Positions 13,203 to 24,878 of a DNA stretch of 64,000 bases are shown here, piece after piece. The DNA is from Macrostomum lignano (Eukaryota). The stretch spans positions 1 to 64,000 of the forward strand of contig NIVC01001724.1 in NCBI GenBank assembly GCA_002269645.1. The letters run 5' to 3'. The position numbers and the translations under genes were made by a program. Below the pieces are notes generated by a model. It was not told the DNA's origin. It did no database searches and worked only from the letters and a program-made list of their open reading frames with translations. Numbering within the stretch: position 1 is the stretch's first letter; each line of letters starts with the position of its first letter.

Positions 13203-13689
13203 ATACGAGCGTAATCTGACTAGCCTCACAATAGTGTATTGTCAACAGTCATGCCGTGGGAAAAGCTTCCAGGAGAAGCAACAGCAGCAGCAGCTCATAT
13301 TTCAATCTGTCCCAGCTGATTTGATTCCGTGATGAGTGCAACAGCCAAAAAATATCACGACAAGCTCACAGAAATTTTGATTGACGGCAGACACAAAACT
13401 TGCTTGCAGCTCCAGTTTTGGAGGAGCGGGAGATGCAGTTTGCAGTGTGATTGCCAACCCAAGCATCTGCCTGCCTTGTGGTTCTCACAATCCGAGAGCT
13501 CAGCTTCCCTTCTTTAAGGCAGGGCCGCTATAGCCTCTGTCGGTCTAGAGTTGTTCATTAATTATTTAACAGCTGGATTGCTTTTCAGGTAATTTGAGCA
13601 CATCCGCGTTGGCTTTTTGTTTGCCAATTGTTGTGCCGTCATTACATGCTCTGTCTGCTACCACATCTCTTCTAATTCTCTATTCACCT

Positions 13690-14090
13690 CTCCCCTACTC
13701 TACTCCTCTCTCCCCTACCCTCTACTCTCTCCCCTACCCTCTACTCCCCTCTCCCCTACCCTCTACTCCCCTCTCCCCTACCCTCTACTCCCCTCTCCCC
13801 TACCCTCTACTCCCTCTCCCCTACCCTCTTTCCCCTCTCCCCTACCCTCTACTCCCCTCTCCCCTACCCTCTACTCCCCTCTCCCCTACCCTCTACTCCC
13901 CTCTCCCCTACCCTCTTTTCCCTCTCCCCTACCCTCTACTCCCCTCTCCCCTACCCTCTACTCCCTTCTCCCCTACCCTCTACTCCCCTCTCCCCTACCC
14001 TCTACTCCCCTCTCCCCTACCCTCTACTCCCCTCTCCCCTACCCTCTACTCTCCTCTACCCTACCCTCTTCTCCCCCTCTTTCTTACCCT
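13690..14090. repeat. 22-bp polypyrimidine minisatellite (CTCTCCCCTACCCTCTACTCCC)
   Basis: Directly visible; the minus strand has G-runs meeting the G4 pattern. Confidence 0.95.
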
Positions 14091-14895
14091 CCCTCTCCTC
14101 CCCCTCTTCTTCCCATCACTTTCCATATCTCCTCTTACTTCTCTCTACTTTCCCTACACCCCATCTCTCTCTCCTATCCTACCCTCTCCCCTAATATCCC
14201 TCTTTTGTCTTCACTCAACACTCCAGCTTCCCCTATCTTGTACCCCATCAGGCTGAACTTTGTTACTGCTCCACTCCTCCCCTTCTGTGACAAAGAAAGT
14301 CAACAATATGTTCTTATTCTATGCATTTGAGGGAACGACCTGACTTAAAAACAAAAAGTAGGAGAACGCGATAGCGTCTTTGCTTCCCAGTGCAGGCAAA
14401 GAGAAATAGTCGCAGAAACTTCTTTTTAGAATCGGAGTTTTTGTGTTTAAAAAGCATGGATAGCATAGGGCTGCTGTACTCAGCCCAGAATGCCAGCCGC
14501 CCCCCCCCCAAAGCCTCCAGCATTGTCAAATTTTATCTGTCAGCCTCTCGCCGGTTGGCAAGGCGATATTCTCTCGCCATCGGGTTTTTTTGACAAATTG
14601 AATGACGGTAGCCACCCCCCCCCCCTAGGACTCACCTGCTGGCCTCTGAGAGACGCTTTAAACTGGGAGAGAAAAGACAGACCGGGGGGGGGGGCAGAAG
14701 ACAGAATAGAAAACGAGACGAAAGCAGAGCTTTGAGCCGCAATCTCGGCAGGCAAATAAGATTTACAAATACGAGATAGAAGGAGAATAATTACGCACTT
14801 CGTAGTCAGGCAAAAGTTTACGAGCTATAGAGTAGTTTTAGCCTTAACAGTGTTTTCCTCATAACCTACGGAGTTAGTTAACGGAACAAGAGACC

Positions 14896-14916
14896 ATGGC
14901 TGATAACCAGCAACAA

Positions 14917-14948
<32 letters not shown>

Positions 14949-15901
14949 ACAGGAGCAGCAGCAGCAGCAGCAACAGGAGCAGAAAAAAGATACTAAAAAA
15001 GAGGAGAAGAGAAGCAAAACCGACAAGCAGGAAGACGAGCAGTCAACCAAGACGAACAAGCAGGCCGCCGCGAAGCCGTCCAGGCGCAACAAGCTGTACC
15101 GGACGCCGCCAACACCCGACTCGGACGCGCTGTTCGAACGGGAGCGAAGCTTCGTGCTGGACTCCCGCGTGATGGCCTCCATCTCTGAGGACTACTCGCG
15201 GGCCAACCCGAAGGTTGGCTCCGTGATTCCGCCATACAATGCGCAGAAGGACAACTACGTGAAGACCTACTTTGATTTCATCGGGGTGAAGAAAACTCTG
15301 AATAAGAATAAACAGGTGAGATTCTAAGTATGCTGTCTGTGTGTGGCGGTACTGTCAGTGGTTTCTGTAAAGTACTGTCAGTTACTCTGTAAGTTCTGTA
15401 AGCTGTCTGCATGTACGCGTACTATACTATATGCATGTAAGTACAGAGCCGATAATTCTGTGTAGTTAGTACCTGTAAAGTACATCAAGAACTTCTGCTT
15501 TCGCCTCAGAACCCGCCGGGCACCTGCGTCGAAGGCCCAGCAATGGAGCGCTTCTTCACGTCTGGCCACGGCAAGCAGTACCTGACTCCGAGGAACGAGA
15601 GGCAGGGAAACGGTAAATCGAGAATCCAACTAATTAGATTTTGCTTTATGCTACTAATAGTAGAGCAAAATCGATTTTTAAGAATTCCACCATCTACAAA
15701 ATATTTTCAGGCTACTCCAACGAGGAGCGAATGGGCCACGGCAAGCTGTGGCGCCACCCGAACCCCGAGATAGCGCAGTACGAGCGCCAGCCGCCGGAAT
15801 TCCAGGGCTACAACGGTCGCTTCGGCTATCGGCGGACAACGCCGCGACTTCGACAGGAGCCGTCGCCGTTTGGCGTCAACACGGAGACGCCGATCTACTG
15901 A
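14896..15901 (+). CDS. SPMAP1: Sperm microtubule-associated protein 1 / C17orf98 (DUF4542)-like ciliary protein with polyQ N-terminus; exons 14896-15315, 15510-15612, 15711-15901 (237 aa)
   Basis: ERSFVLDS…YSRANPKVGSVIPPYNAQKD, GHGKQYL..RN and YNGRFGYRRTTPRLRQEPSPFG match recalled C17orf98 motifs (IPPYNAQQD; FNGRFGYRRNTP.LRQ). Splice phases 0 and 1 are consistent. Confidence 0.85.
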
Positions 15902-16459
15902 TGTACATGTACACAATATATTTGGAAATCACCGGACTGCTGTTGAATAGCTAGAGCGGAGAATTTTGTACTGACAATATGCGAATTATACCACTAAGAG
16001 TAGGCATAGAAGTAGACTAAAAGCGACACCTTTATAGTGGCATGTCTGCACTGACTGCACTGCGCCAATGCCAAAGTGAAAATTGATAATTATGATTCTA
16101 AATTAGAAATTCAAAATTGACAAATACCATTGGGATTTCAAATCAGATTGTTTATGGTAATATATATATACTACAGAACTATAGCTGCTTCTTGTGAATA
16201 TTACACCTAACACTGAGTAAAGTTTTACAAAAAAGTTTTGCTTGTTACTTTTTTCGTTAGAGTGAAACTTTATAATCTTAAGCTCGCTAGCAACGCCCCA
16301 CTTTTTACCATAGACTATTTCGTTATACAATTACTCAATACTGTAGCTTGTAAAATAACAATTGAAGGCACTAGTATGGAATTTGTTTCTTATTTAGGAA
16401 TGCGAGCATTCACTTCAAGACACAGCCAATCCTATTCATTCAACCGATGCTTCAACTTT

Positions 16460-16976
16460 CGTCTATGGTAAAAAACACCGTCTATGGTAAAAAACACCGC
16501 CTATGGTCAAAACACCGTCTATGGTAAAAACACCGTCTATGGTAAAAAAACACCGTCTATGGTAAAAAACCGTCTATGGTAAAAACACCGTCTATGGTAA
16601 AAACACCGCCTATGGTCAAAACACCGTCTATGGTAAAAACACCGTCTATGGTAAAAAAACACCGTCTATGGTAAAAACACCGTCTATGGTAAAAAACCGT
16701 CTATGGTAAAAACACCGTCTATGGTAAAAACACCGCCTATGGTCAAAACACCGTCTATGGTAAAAACACCGTCTATGGTAAAAAAACACCGTCTATGGTA
16801 AAAACACCGTCTATGGTAAAAAAACACCGTCTATGGTAAAAACACCGTCTATGGTAAAAACACCGTCTATGGTAAAAACACCGTCTATGGTAAAAACACC
16901 GTCTATGGTAAAAACACCGTCTATGCTAAAAAAACCGTCTATTGTCAAAAAACCGTCTATGGTCAAAACACCGTCT
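16460..16976. repeat. 18-20-bp minisatellite (CCGTCTATGGTAAAAACA)
   Basis: Directly visible. Confidence 0.95.
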
Positions 16977-17019
16977 CTAAGGTATATGGCACAGGCAGAG
17001 GACTGAATTCAAGACACAA

Positions 17020-17318
17020 GAGCAGTTGAATTCAGAGCTAGAACTCAATCTACAGGATTGGCGCTCCCATGGTACTGCAGAGAATCGCGAAGTCAGGCGT
17101 GAATGCCATCGCGGTTGCCAAGAATGCAGCCTGGTTTGCTCACACACTGCGCTTCCTGATCTACTGCTTGGCCCGTGAAAACATGACTGCAAGCAATGAC
17201 TTGTTCGCTATGTGCATCACAAAATGCTGATTCACTTTATCAATTGTTTGCTTTCTGTGTCACATAATTGACAATTTTTGTCTAAGGTTCCGAGCTTAAA
17301 GTCTGAATTCAACTGCTC
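17020..17318. mobile_element. Candidate MITE with 17-bp perfect inverted repeat GAGCAGTTGAATTCAGA
   Basis: IR at 17020-17036 and 17302-17318; no TSD identified. Confidence 0.35.
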
Positions 17319-17349
17319 GATGTAGTATACGTGTACCTTTCATAAGCGC

Positions 17350-17560
17350 CCGAGTGGCTGTCCATGGTAAGTGACTGGGGGCCGCATTGTCCCAGCGGCC
17401 CAGGCTCGATTCCAAATGCAGTCACATTAATTTGGGGCTAAATTGGAATCTCGGCTTGGCTCTGATCCTGCAATTAACGCCCTTGAGGGCCAACCCCCAA
17501 GGCGCAGTGAAGTGTACATGCCCAACGATAAATAAAGCTAGGGCTGCTGTACACTCCTGT
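17350..17560 (+). mobile_element. Candidate tRNA-derived SINE
   Basis: A-box-like TGGCTGTCCATGG (17355) and B-box-like GGCTCGATTCC (17403) at tRNA-like spacing. No cloverleaf could be folded and the extent is uncertain. Confidence 0.3.
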
Positions 17561-17979
17561 GTGAGTGTGTGCCTGTGCGTGTGACTGCGTACGTATCCGC
17601 GCGTTTGTGTGCCTGCTCAGGGGAGTCGGCTGAATGGGCAGCAATGCCTCTCGCCGGTTGTGTGACAATGTCGCCTAAAGTGCGCTAGCCCCCTGTTCTT
17701 GCCGTTTTACTGTGTGCTGAAATGGATTTCGCCTGCAGGCTTGCTTCAATGTGTCAATGAGAATGAGCAACAATGAAAATATTGAGACATATTCATAAAA
17801 TGCTATTTATCGATAATAGAAAACCTTTCTGAGTAGTGTAAAATTATCAATCAATCAATCAATATTTATTGTCTGTTCAAAAGCATAAACAACAATAGAC
17901 AGTAGTATGTACTGTATAAAATTATAAATTTATCGATTACAAAGCTGGGAAGTAAAATTATTTACCAAGAAGATAATGA

Positions 17980-18620
17980 TAACTCCAGAATCTCACTTTA
18001 TAACCCCGGAATCTCACTCTATGACTCCGGAATCTTACTCTAAGACCCTGGAATCTCACTCTATGACCCTGGAATCTCACTCTGTGACCCTGGAATCTCA
18101 CTTTATGACCCTGGAATCTCACTCTATGACCCTGGAATCTCACTTTATAACCCCGGAATCTCACTCTATGACCCGTAATCTTACTCTAAGACCCTGGAAT
18201 CTCACTCTATGACCCTGGAATCTCACTCTGTCACCCTGGAATCTCACTCTGTGACCCTGGAATCTCACTTTATGACCCTGGAATCTCACTCTATGACCCT
18301 GGAATCTCACTTTATAACCCCGGAATCTCACTCTATGACTCCGGAATCTCACTCTATGACCCTGGAATCTCACTTTATGACCCTGGAATCTCACTCTGTG
18401 ACCCTGGAATCTCACTGTGACCCTGGAATCTCACTCTGTGACCCTGGAATCTCACTCTATGACCCTGGAATCTCACTCTGTGACCCTGGAATCTCACTGT
18501 GACCCTGGAATCTCACTCTGACCCTGGAATCTCACTCTATGACCCTGGAATCTCACTGACCCTGACCACTGGAAATCTCACTGTGACCCTGGAATCTCAC
18601 TCTATGACCCTGGAATCTCA
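17980..18620. repeat. 21-bp minisatellite (GACCCTGGAATCTCACTCTAT)
   Basis: Directly visible. Confidence 0.95.
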
Positions 18621-19089
18621 TGCAAATCACTTCTATGACTCAGTCTTGTCACATTATAGAAATCTTTGCTAGAAAAAAGTTCTGATAAAATCATAATTCA
18701 GAAAGTTCTGTAATAGCATGACATAATAAGCCGAATAATTAATTAATTACTGAATAAGTAAATCTGAAAAATGAAAACTGAAGAGTTCAGCACAGAACAG
18801 CACATTTTATAGTTTATAAAACAATATTGTTCTAAAAAATATAGTCACAGACAAAATAAACAGTATATAAAATGAAACGAAAAAATGAATACAAATCGTT
18901 AAAACTTGGATAAATTCTTCATTAAAAAACTTAAGTAGCACCACTAGTAGTATATGTAGCACACTGTTAGTGAATTTCCTTTTGTAAATGACAAATAAAA
19001 AGTTTTTACTGGAATCAATAGTCAATAATCTGTAGTGAATATTAAGCTGGTGGAAGACAAACTAAAGGAAATGGGGTAGCCTTCTAAGA

Positions 19090-19310
19090 GGCACCATTTG
19101 ATTTTTAAAGGGCGCCATTTTATTTCTAAAGGGCGCCATTTCATTTTAAAGGGCGCCATTTCATTTTAAAGGGCCCCATTTCCGTTTAAAGGGCCCCATT
19201 TCAGTTTAAAGGGCCCCATTTCAGTTTAAAGGGCGCCATTTCATTTTAAAGGGCCCCATTTCATTTTTATGGGGCTCCATTTCATTCTTAAGGGACCCAT
19301 TGTATTTTTA
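19090..19310. repeat. ~20-bp repeat (AAAGGGCGCCATTTCATTTT)
   Basis: About 9 degenerate copies downstream of ABI. Confidence 0.85.
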
Positions 19311-19462
19311 AGCAGCTTCGTACTAACCGCGGCCAGCTCTGCTTAACCCACTCAGCTACGTAGGATGTGGGTATTCCATAGGTAAAAGGCGGGAGTAAAT
19401 CTGACTTTATTTTTCATAAACTAACGCCTCGTCATCTAATTAGCGATAGCTGCCGCAGCGCG

Positions 19463-20713
19463 TCACTCGACATAGTTTCCGGGAAACAGACCGGACACCC
19501 CCGGCTCCATGTAGCCCTCCCACCAGCCATCGTCGTTTTTGCGCACCACGTAGATAACGGCGCCTTCACTAAAGGTCAATTCGTCCGACACGTCGGATAT
19601 GTAATCGTAGATGGCCACCACCCGGCGCAGGTAGAACTCCGGCGCCCAGCCCGGATCGCTCGGCTGATGCGGCACCAGCTGCTCGTCTGCCTGCGGCACC
19701 AGGCTGCTGATGTCCACGTTGGCGTTGCTGCTGCTATCGAATTGCGGCTCAGGCAGCTCCGGTTCGGGCGGCGGCGGCGGTGGCAGCGGCGTTTGCGTCC
19801 TCGGCGGCATCGCGGATGTCGGCAGGGGCGGCGCTGGCGGCGGGGCCGGCGGAGGAGGCGGCGGCTCCGCCACAGCGGGCGTCGCCGTAATCATCTTAGA
19901 CGACGCCGTTGACACGGTGGACAGTCGGCGAGGTGAACCAGTGGACTCCGGATGACTGCCAGCAACAGAAGCCGTGACAGCGGAGCCCCGCCGACTGCCG
20001 CTGGCACCGCCGGCGATGGTGCTGTAGTTGCCGGATGCGCCCCGGTCAACGGCGCCGCGGCCTGTTGAAGCCGCCGACACCTGCCTGCCAGCCTGCCGGC
20101 CGACTGTCATTGAGCCGTCCGGATTAACGACTCCAGACTGCTGCTCAACTACGCCGTGTCCAATGCTGTCCAGCACAGAGTAGTCTATGGGCTGGCGGCT
20201 GTAGCGGGGCGGAGCCGGCGGCGGTGCATTGGCCCCGGCGTGATAGACAATACCGGGCATGCGGTGCTGCCCAGCAACTGGCAGCGGCTCTGCCGGCCTT
20301 GGCGTAGTCAGCTGGCCAATATGCCTGCGGGCCATGCGCTCTTTGTGCACAGAGACCCGAGCGCTTAGGGAGCCAATGTCGGTAGATAGACGGCTGAGCT
20401 CGCCTGTCTCCAGGTCTAGTAGGTCTTGAAAATCTTTAGCTAGCACATTGATCTGGTAAGCCACGCTAGCCAGGGACTGAGTGGCGTATTTTTCTGTCTG
20501 CCTAACAGCCGCCTCGCGTTCCTTCCGATCTTTGGCGTTCAGATAATTGGTGCGGCAGAATTGGGCAACAGATTCCAGGCTCAGCGAGCTGCGGTCCAGC
20601 TCTTTGATGCCGTTGGCTATGTCAACGTCCAGGTGCTTTGATAGCTCGTCTAGGCGACTGCCGCCGTCTTGGGCAACTGCTGCTGACGATGGAGCCTCTG
20701 GTGCCGCAGACAT
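19463..20713 (-). CDS. ABI: Abl interactor (ABI1/2-like, WAVE complex), single coding exon, 416 aa
   Basis: N-terminal Abi_HHR (YATQSLASVAYQIN…HKERMARRHIG.LT), RYSRQPIDYSVLDSIGHGV, polyproline region and a C-terminal SH3 (AIYDY…DELTF…GWWEG…GLFPGNYVE). Confidence 0.95.
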   Translation of the reverse strand: MSAAPEAPSSAAVAQDGGSRLDELSKHLDVDIANGIKELDRSSLSLESVAQFCRTNYLNAKDRKEREAAVRQTEKYATQSLASVAYQINVLAKDFQDLLDLETGELSRLSTDIGSLSARVSVHKERMARRHIGQLTTPRPAEPLPVAGQHRMPGIVYHAGANAPPPAPPRYSRQPIDYSVLDSIGHGVVEQQSGVVNPDGSMTVGRQAGRQVSAASTGRGAVDRGASGNYSTIAGGASGSRRGSAVTASVAGSHPESTGSPRRLSTVSTASSKMITATPAVAEPPPPPPAPPPAPPLPTSAMPPRTQTPLPPPPPPEPELPEPQFDSSSNANVDISSLVPQADEQLVPHQPSDPGWAPEFYLRRVVAIYDYISDVSDELTFSEGAVIYVVRKNDDGWWEGYMEPGVSGLFPGNYVE

Positions 20714-20799
20714 GGCCTTCTGGAAGAGGGATATTGCTGCACAGTGAGTGGAAGGAGTGTTGAGTCATTTGTGGCACGGGTAGATGGGGACAGCCTAGA

Positions 20800-21176
20800 G
20801 AAGGCAGGAAGGGGAAGCCTAGGGAAAACATAAAAGTGACAGCCTAGGGAAGGCATAGAAGTGACAGTCTAGGGAAGGCATTGAAGTGACAGCCTAGGGA
20901 AGGCATAGAAGTGACAGTCTAGGGAAGGCATAGAAGTGACAGCCTAGGGAAGGCATAGAAGTGACAGCCTAGGGAAGTCATAGAAGTGACAGCCTAGGGA
21001 AGGCATAGAAGTGACAGCCTAGGGAAGTCATAGAAGTGACAGCCTAGGGAAGGCATAGAAGTGACAGCCTAGGGAAGGCATAGAAGTGACAGTCTAGGGA
21101 AGGCATAGAAGTGACAGCCTAGGGAAGGCATAGAAGTGACAGCCTAGGGAAGGCATAGAAGTGACAGTCTAGGGAA
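20800..21176. repeat. 25-bp minisatellite (AGCCTAGGGAAGGCATAGAAGTGAC) between RPL7-like and ABI
   Basis: About 14 copies, directly visible. Confidence 0.95.
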
Positions 21177-21373
21177 GAGAGGACTGCTCTAACTTCTTAC
21201 TAGAAACTATGCTTCAAACAGATAAAAAATAAACAAAACACTTCATTACGCACAATTTACCAGCCAGTCAACCAACGGGGTTATAGACAATGTCTTACCC
21301 AACAAATTATGATGGTTTATTAAAATAGACAGACTTGGCGTCAATGCAATTTAGTACACAGAGCAATATCAAA

Positions 21374-23334
21374 TCAGATCATCTCCCTAAGCAGGCCGTT
21401 AATGTACTCGTCTCGACTGCAACTAAGCGGCTGCCGCTTCCTAATCAATTCCGGCTGACTCTCGTTGCCCCTAAATCTGGCCTCGGCCTTGGCCCAGCCG
21501 CCTAGCGGTGCTTTCAGCCGCATCGGAGCCAGATAGCTGGCCGCCTGTACAAATGCCGGGCCGCAGGTGGCCAGCTCGTGCACCAGATCCTCAATGCACA
21601 ATAGGCCGTATTTGCCCAGTGCGGCTTCGATAGCGGCATTATCCGTGATGGGAACTGGCCGCTGCTGATTGCCGGCCTCTGATTGGCTGCCGCTGGCCCG
21701 GCCGCGCTTGTACACAAGCTCGCGTACCGAGCGCATATCCGGAGCGCCCCAGGCTACAAACGGATCCAATAGGCGCAGCACAGATAGGCAGGCGGGCGTG
21801 GGCTTAGCAAACACGGCTGTGTTTAGCCGGGTCAGGCGGAACAGGCGCAGAGCTTTCACAATGCGCGGGTCCATGCCGGCCGAGCGGCCCCGACAGCGGA
21901 CAATCAGGATTGGCCGCTCAGCTGACGACTGCGGCGCCTCCTCGGCTGCTGTCGGCAGCAGGGTAACCACAGGAGCCATCGGCTCTGCCGCTGCTGGCCT
22001 GCGCGCCAGTCGGTTCAACCTGTTGGTGTCGCGGTCCTGGAATGAGTTGAACAAACTGACTCGTAGTTGATGGAGAAAGCTCATTACATGACTTCCTGAC
22101 ATTCCCTCCTGACACATCTGCGAGTAGCTTATCTGACATTCCCTCCTGACACATCTGCGAGTAGCTTATCTGACATTCCCTCTGACCATCTGCGAGTAGC
22201 TTATCTGACATTCCCTCTGACCATCTGCGAGTAGCTTATCTGACATTCCCTCTGATACATCTGCGAGTAGCTTATCTGACATTCCCTCTGATACATCTGC
22301 GAGTAGCTTATCTGACATTCCCTCTGATACATCTGCGAGTAGCTTATCTGACATTCCCTCTGACACATCTAAGAGTAGCTTATCTGACATTCCCTCTGAC
22401 ACATCTAAGAGTAGCTTATCTGACATTCCCTCTGACACATCTGCGAGTAGCTTATCTGACATTCCCTCTGACACATCTAAGAGTAGCTTATCTGACATCC
22501 CCTCTGACACATCTAAGAGTAGCTTATCTGACATTCCCTCTGACACATCTAAGAGTAGCTTATCTGACATTCCCTCTGACACATCTGCGAGTAGCTTATC
22601 TGACATTCCCTCTGATACATCTGCGAGTAGCTTATCTGACATCCCCTCTGACACATCTGCGAGTAGCTTATCTGACATTCCCTCTGATACATCTGCGAGT
22701 AGCTTATCTGACATTCCCTCTGACACATCTGCGAGTAGCTTATCTGACATTCCATCTGACACACCCAGCTCATCTGACATTCCCACCGACATACCCAGCT
22801 CATCTGACATCCCCTCTGACACATCTAAGAGTAGCTTATCTGACATTCCCTCTGACACATCTGCGAGTAGCTTATCTGACATTCCATCTGACACACCCAG
22901 CTCATCTGACATTCCCACCGACATACGCAGCTCATCTGACATTCCATCTGACACACCCAGCTCATCTGACATTCCCACCGACATACCCAGCTCATCTGAC
23001 ATTCCCACCGACATACGCAGCTCATCTGACATTCCATCTGACACACCCAGCTCATCTGACATTCCCACCGACATACCCAGCTCATCTGACATTCCCACCG
23101 ACATACCCAGCTCATCTGACATTCCTTTACCTTCAGCCTGCCCAGTTTCACCAGCCGTTCAACCCTAACAAAAGCTTCTTTGGTCTTCTTAACCCGCTGT
23201 CGCCTGGCCAGCCGCCTGTCCGCCGCCTGCTGCCGAGCCCGCGTCGACCGGGCCTCCATGGCGGCCTTGCGGCGTTTTAACATCGTCTCCTGAACTGTGG
23301 GCAGAGCGCCCGCGCGTCTCTTGGTGCCGGCCAT
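21374..23334 (-). CDS. RPL7L1: Ribosomal protein L7-like (uL30 family, RPL7L1/Rlp7 type); exons 23334-23131, 22036-21374 (288 aa)
   Basis: LPTVQETMLKRRK N-terminus, LRLFRLTRLNTAVF, PFVAWGAPDMRSVRELVYKRG, ITDNAAIEAALGKYGLLCIEDLVHEL and INGLLREM. Phase-0 AAG|GTAAAG…TTCCAG|GAC intron. Confidence 0.88.
22095..23123. repeat. 36-bp and 30-bp minisatellites filling the RPL7L1 intron (CTGACATTCC core)
   Basis: Directly visible; the two unit types switch at about 22750. Confidence 0.95.
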
Positions 23335-24039
23335 TGTCTGTTGTCCCTGGGTGACTATTGTTTGTATCAAGTCGAAATTTAGTCAGCTGATGACTGGCTG
23401 CAAACAAAAAACGAATAGCATTGATGCAGAAACAGGGGGGGGGGTTTGAGGTACTTATTAAATTTGTTAAAATACACTGAATACACTGAATTAAATTTCC
23501 CGGCCGGGTACCCTGGTACAACGAGGCAATTCTGCCTATTCAACTTATATATAATGTATATATCCCGATATATAATTTATCAGAAACTAATCACAGAAAT
23601 TAAATATAAAAAAAATATAAAATAAATATAAGCACTATTATTCTTAGAAATCAACCATTCAAAGTTGCGGCGGTACATAACAATTTCGTATTATTATTCA
23701 ATATTAACACGCATTTCATTTAGAAAAAAATAATAATGACCATAAGCAGAGTAGACTTCACTTTTATTCATACATCTATGCAGCTGGATAGGTAGGTAAG
23801 CGATTCAGCAATGCTCTTCTACTTAACAATGTTGCGTTCAAGAATTGATCATATTGATTTTTATAAGTCTATACAAAGGTATATTCCTTAAATATAATTG
23901 GAGAAAGCATTGGAAAATAAATTGGTATTACAGCCGACACCATCTACTTAGCTAGGGGAACAGGGGAGAAAGTGGGTAGACAGAGGATTTAGAAATATAC
24001 CTGTCTCAGTAGACATGGGGATCTGGAGACTTGGTAGAA

Positions 24040-24750
24040 ATTGGCATCTAGAGACTCGGTGTGTATCTAGAGACCCGGTAGGGATCTAGAGACTTGGTAG
24101 GAATCTAGAGACTCAGTGGGAATCTAGAGACTCAGTAGGGATCTAGAGACTCGGTAGCAGATCTAGAGACTGGATAGACAGAGGGATCTAGAGACTCGGT
24201 AGGGATCTAGAGACTCGGTATGGATCTAGAGACTCGGTAGGGATCTAGAGACTCGGTATGGATCTAGAGACTCGGTATGGATCTAGAGACTCGGTAGGGA
24301 TCTAGAGACTCGGAAGGGATCTAGAGACTCGGAAGGGATCTAGAGACTCGGTAGGGATCTAGAGACTCGGTAGGGATCTAGAGACTCGGTAGAGATCTAG
24401 AGACTCGGTAGGAATCTAGAGACTCAGTAGGGATCTAGAGACTGTAGACATAGGGATCTAGATGGTAGATATAGGGATCTAGAGACTCGATAGACAGAGG
24501 GATTTAGAGACTCAGTAGGGATCTAGAGACTGTAGACATAGGGATATAGATGGTAGATATAGGGATCTAGAGACTCGATAGACAGAGGGATTTAGAGACT
24601 CAGTAGGGATCTAGAGACTCGATAGGAGATCTAGAGACTCGATAGACAGAGGGATCTAGAGACTCGGTAGGGATCTAGAGACTATGTAGACATAGGGATC
24701 TAGATACTCAGTAACTATAGGGATCTAGAGACTCGGTAAGGGTTCTAGAG
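24040..24750. repeat. ~19-20-bp minisatellite (TAGGGATCTAGAGACTCGG) downstream of the YIPF6 stop
   Basis: Directly visible. Confidence 0.9.
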
Positions 24751-24878
24751 AACAAAAAGAAACGACACCCAAACCGTACAGAAGTATTAAAAGCCCATCC
24801 AAATAGATAGATCAGGTGAAAAGGCATCAGAATATAAATTCTTAAACAGTACAAGCCGCAAGAGCCGTAGCCCTGCAG

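Noticed and set aside
13250-13520. Short ORFs between PIF1 and SPMAP1, and similar ones at 17050-17230 and 55748-56089
   Set aside because: No recognisable motifs or consistent splice partners.
22166-23122. 318-aa repeat ORF
   Set aside because: Lies inside the RPL7L1 intron minisatellite.
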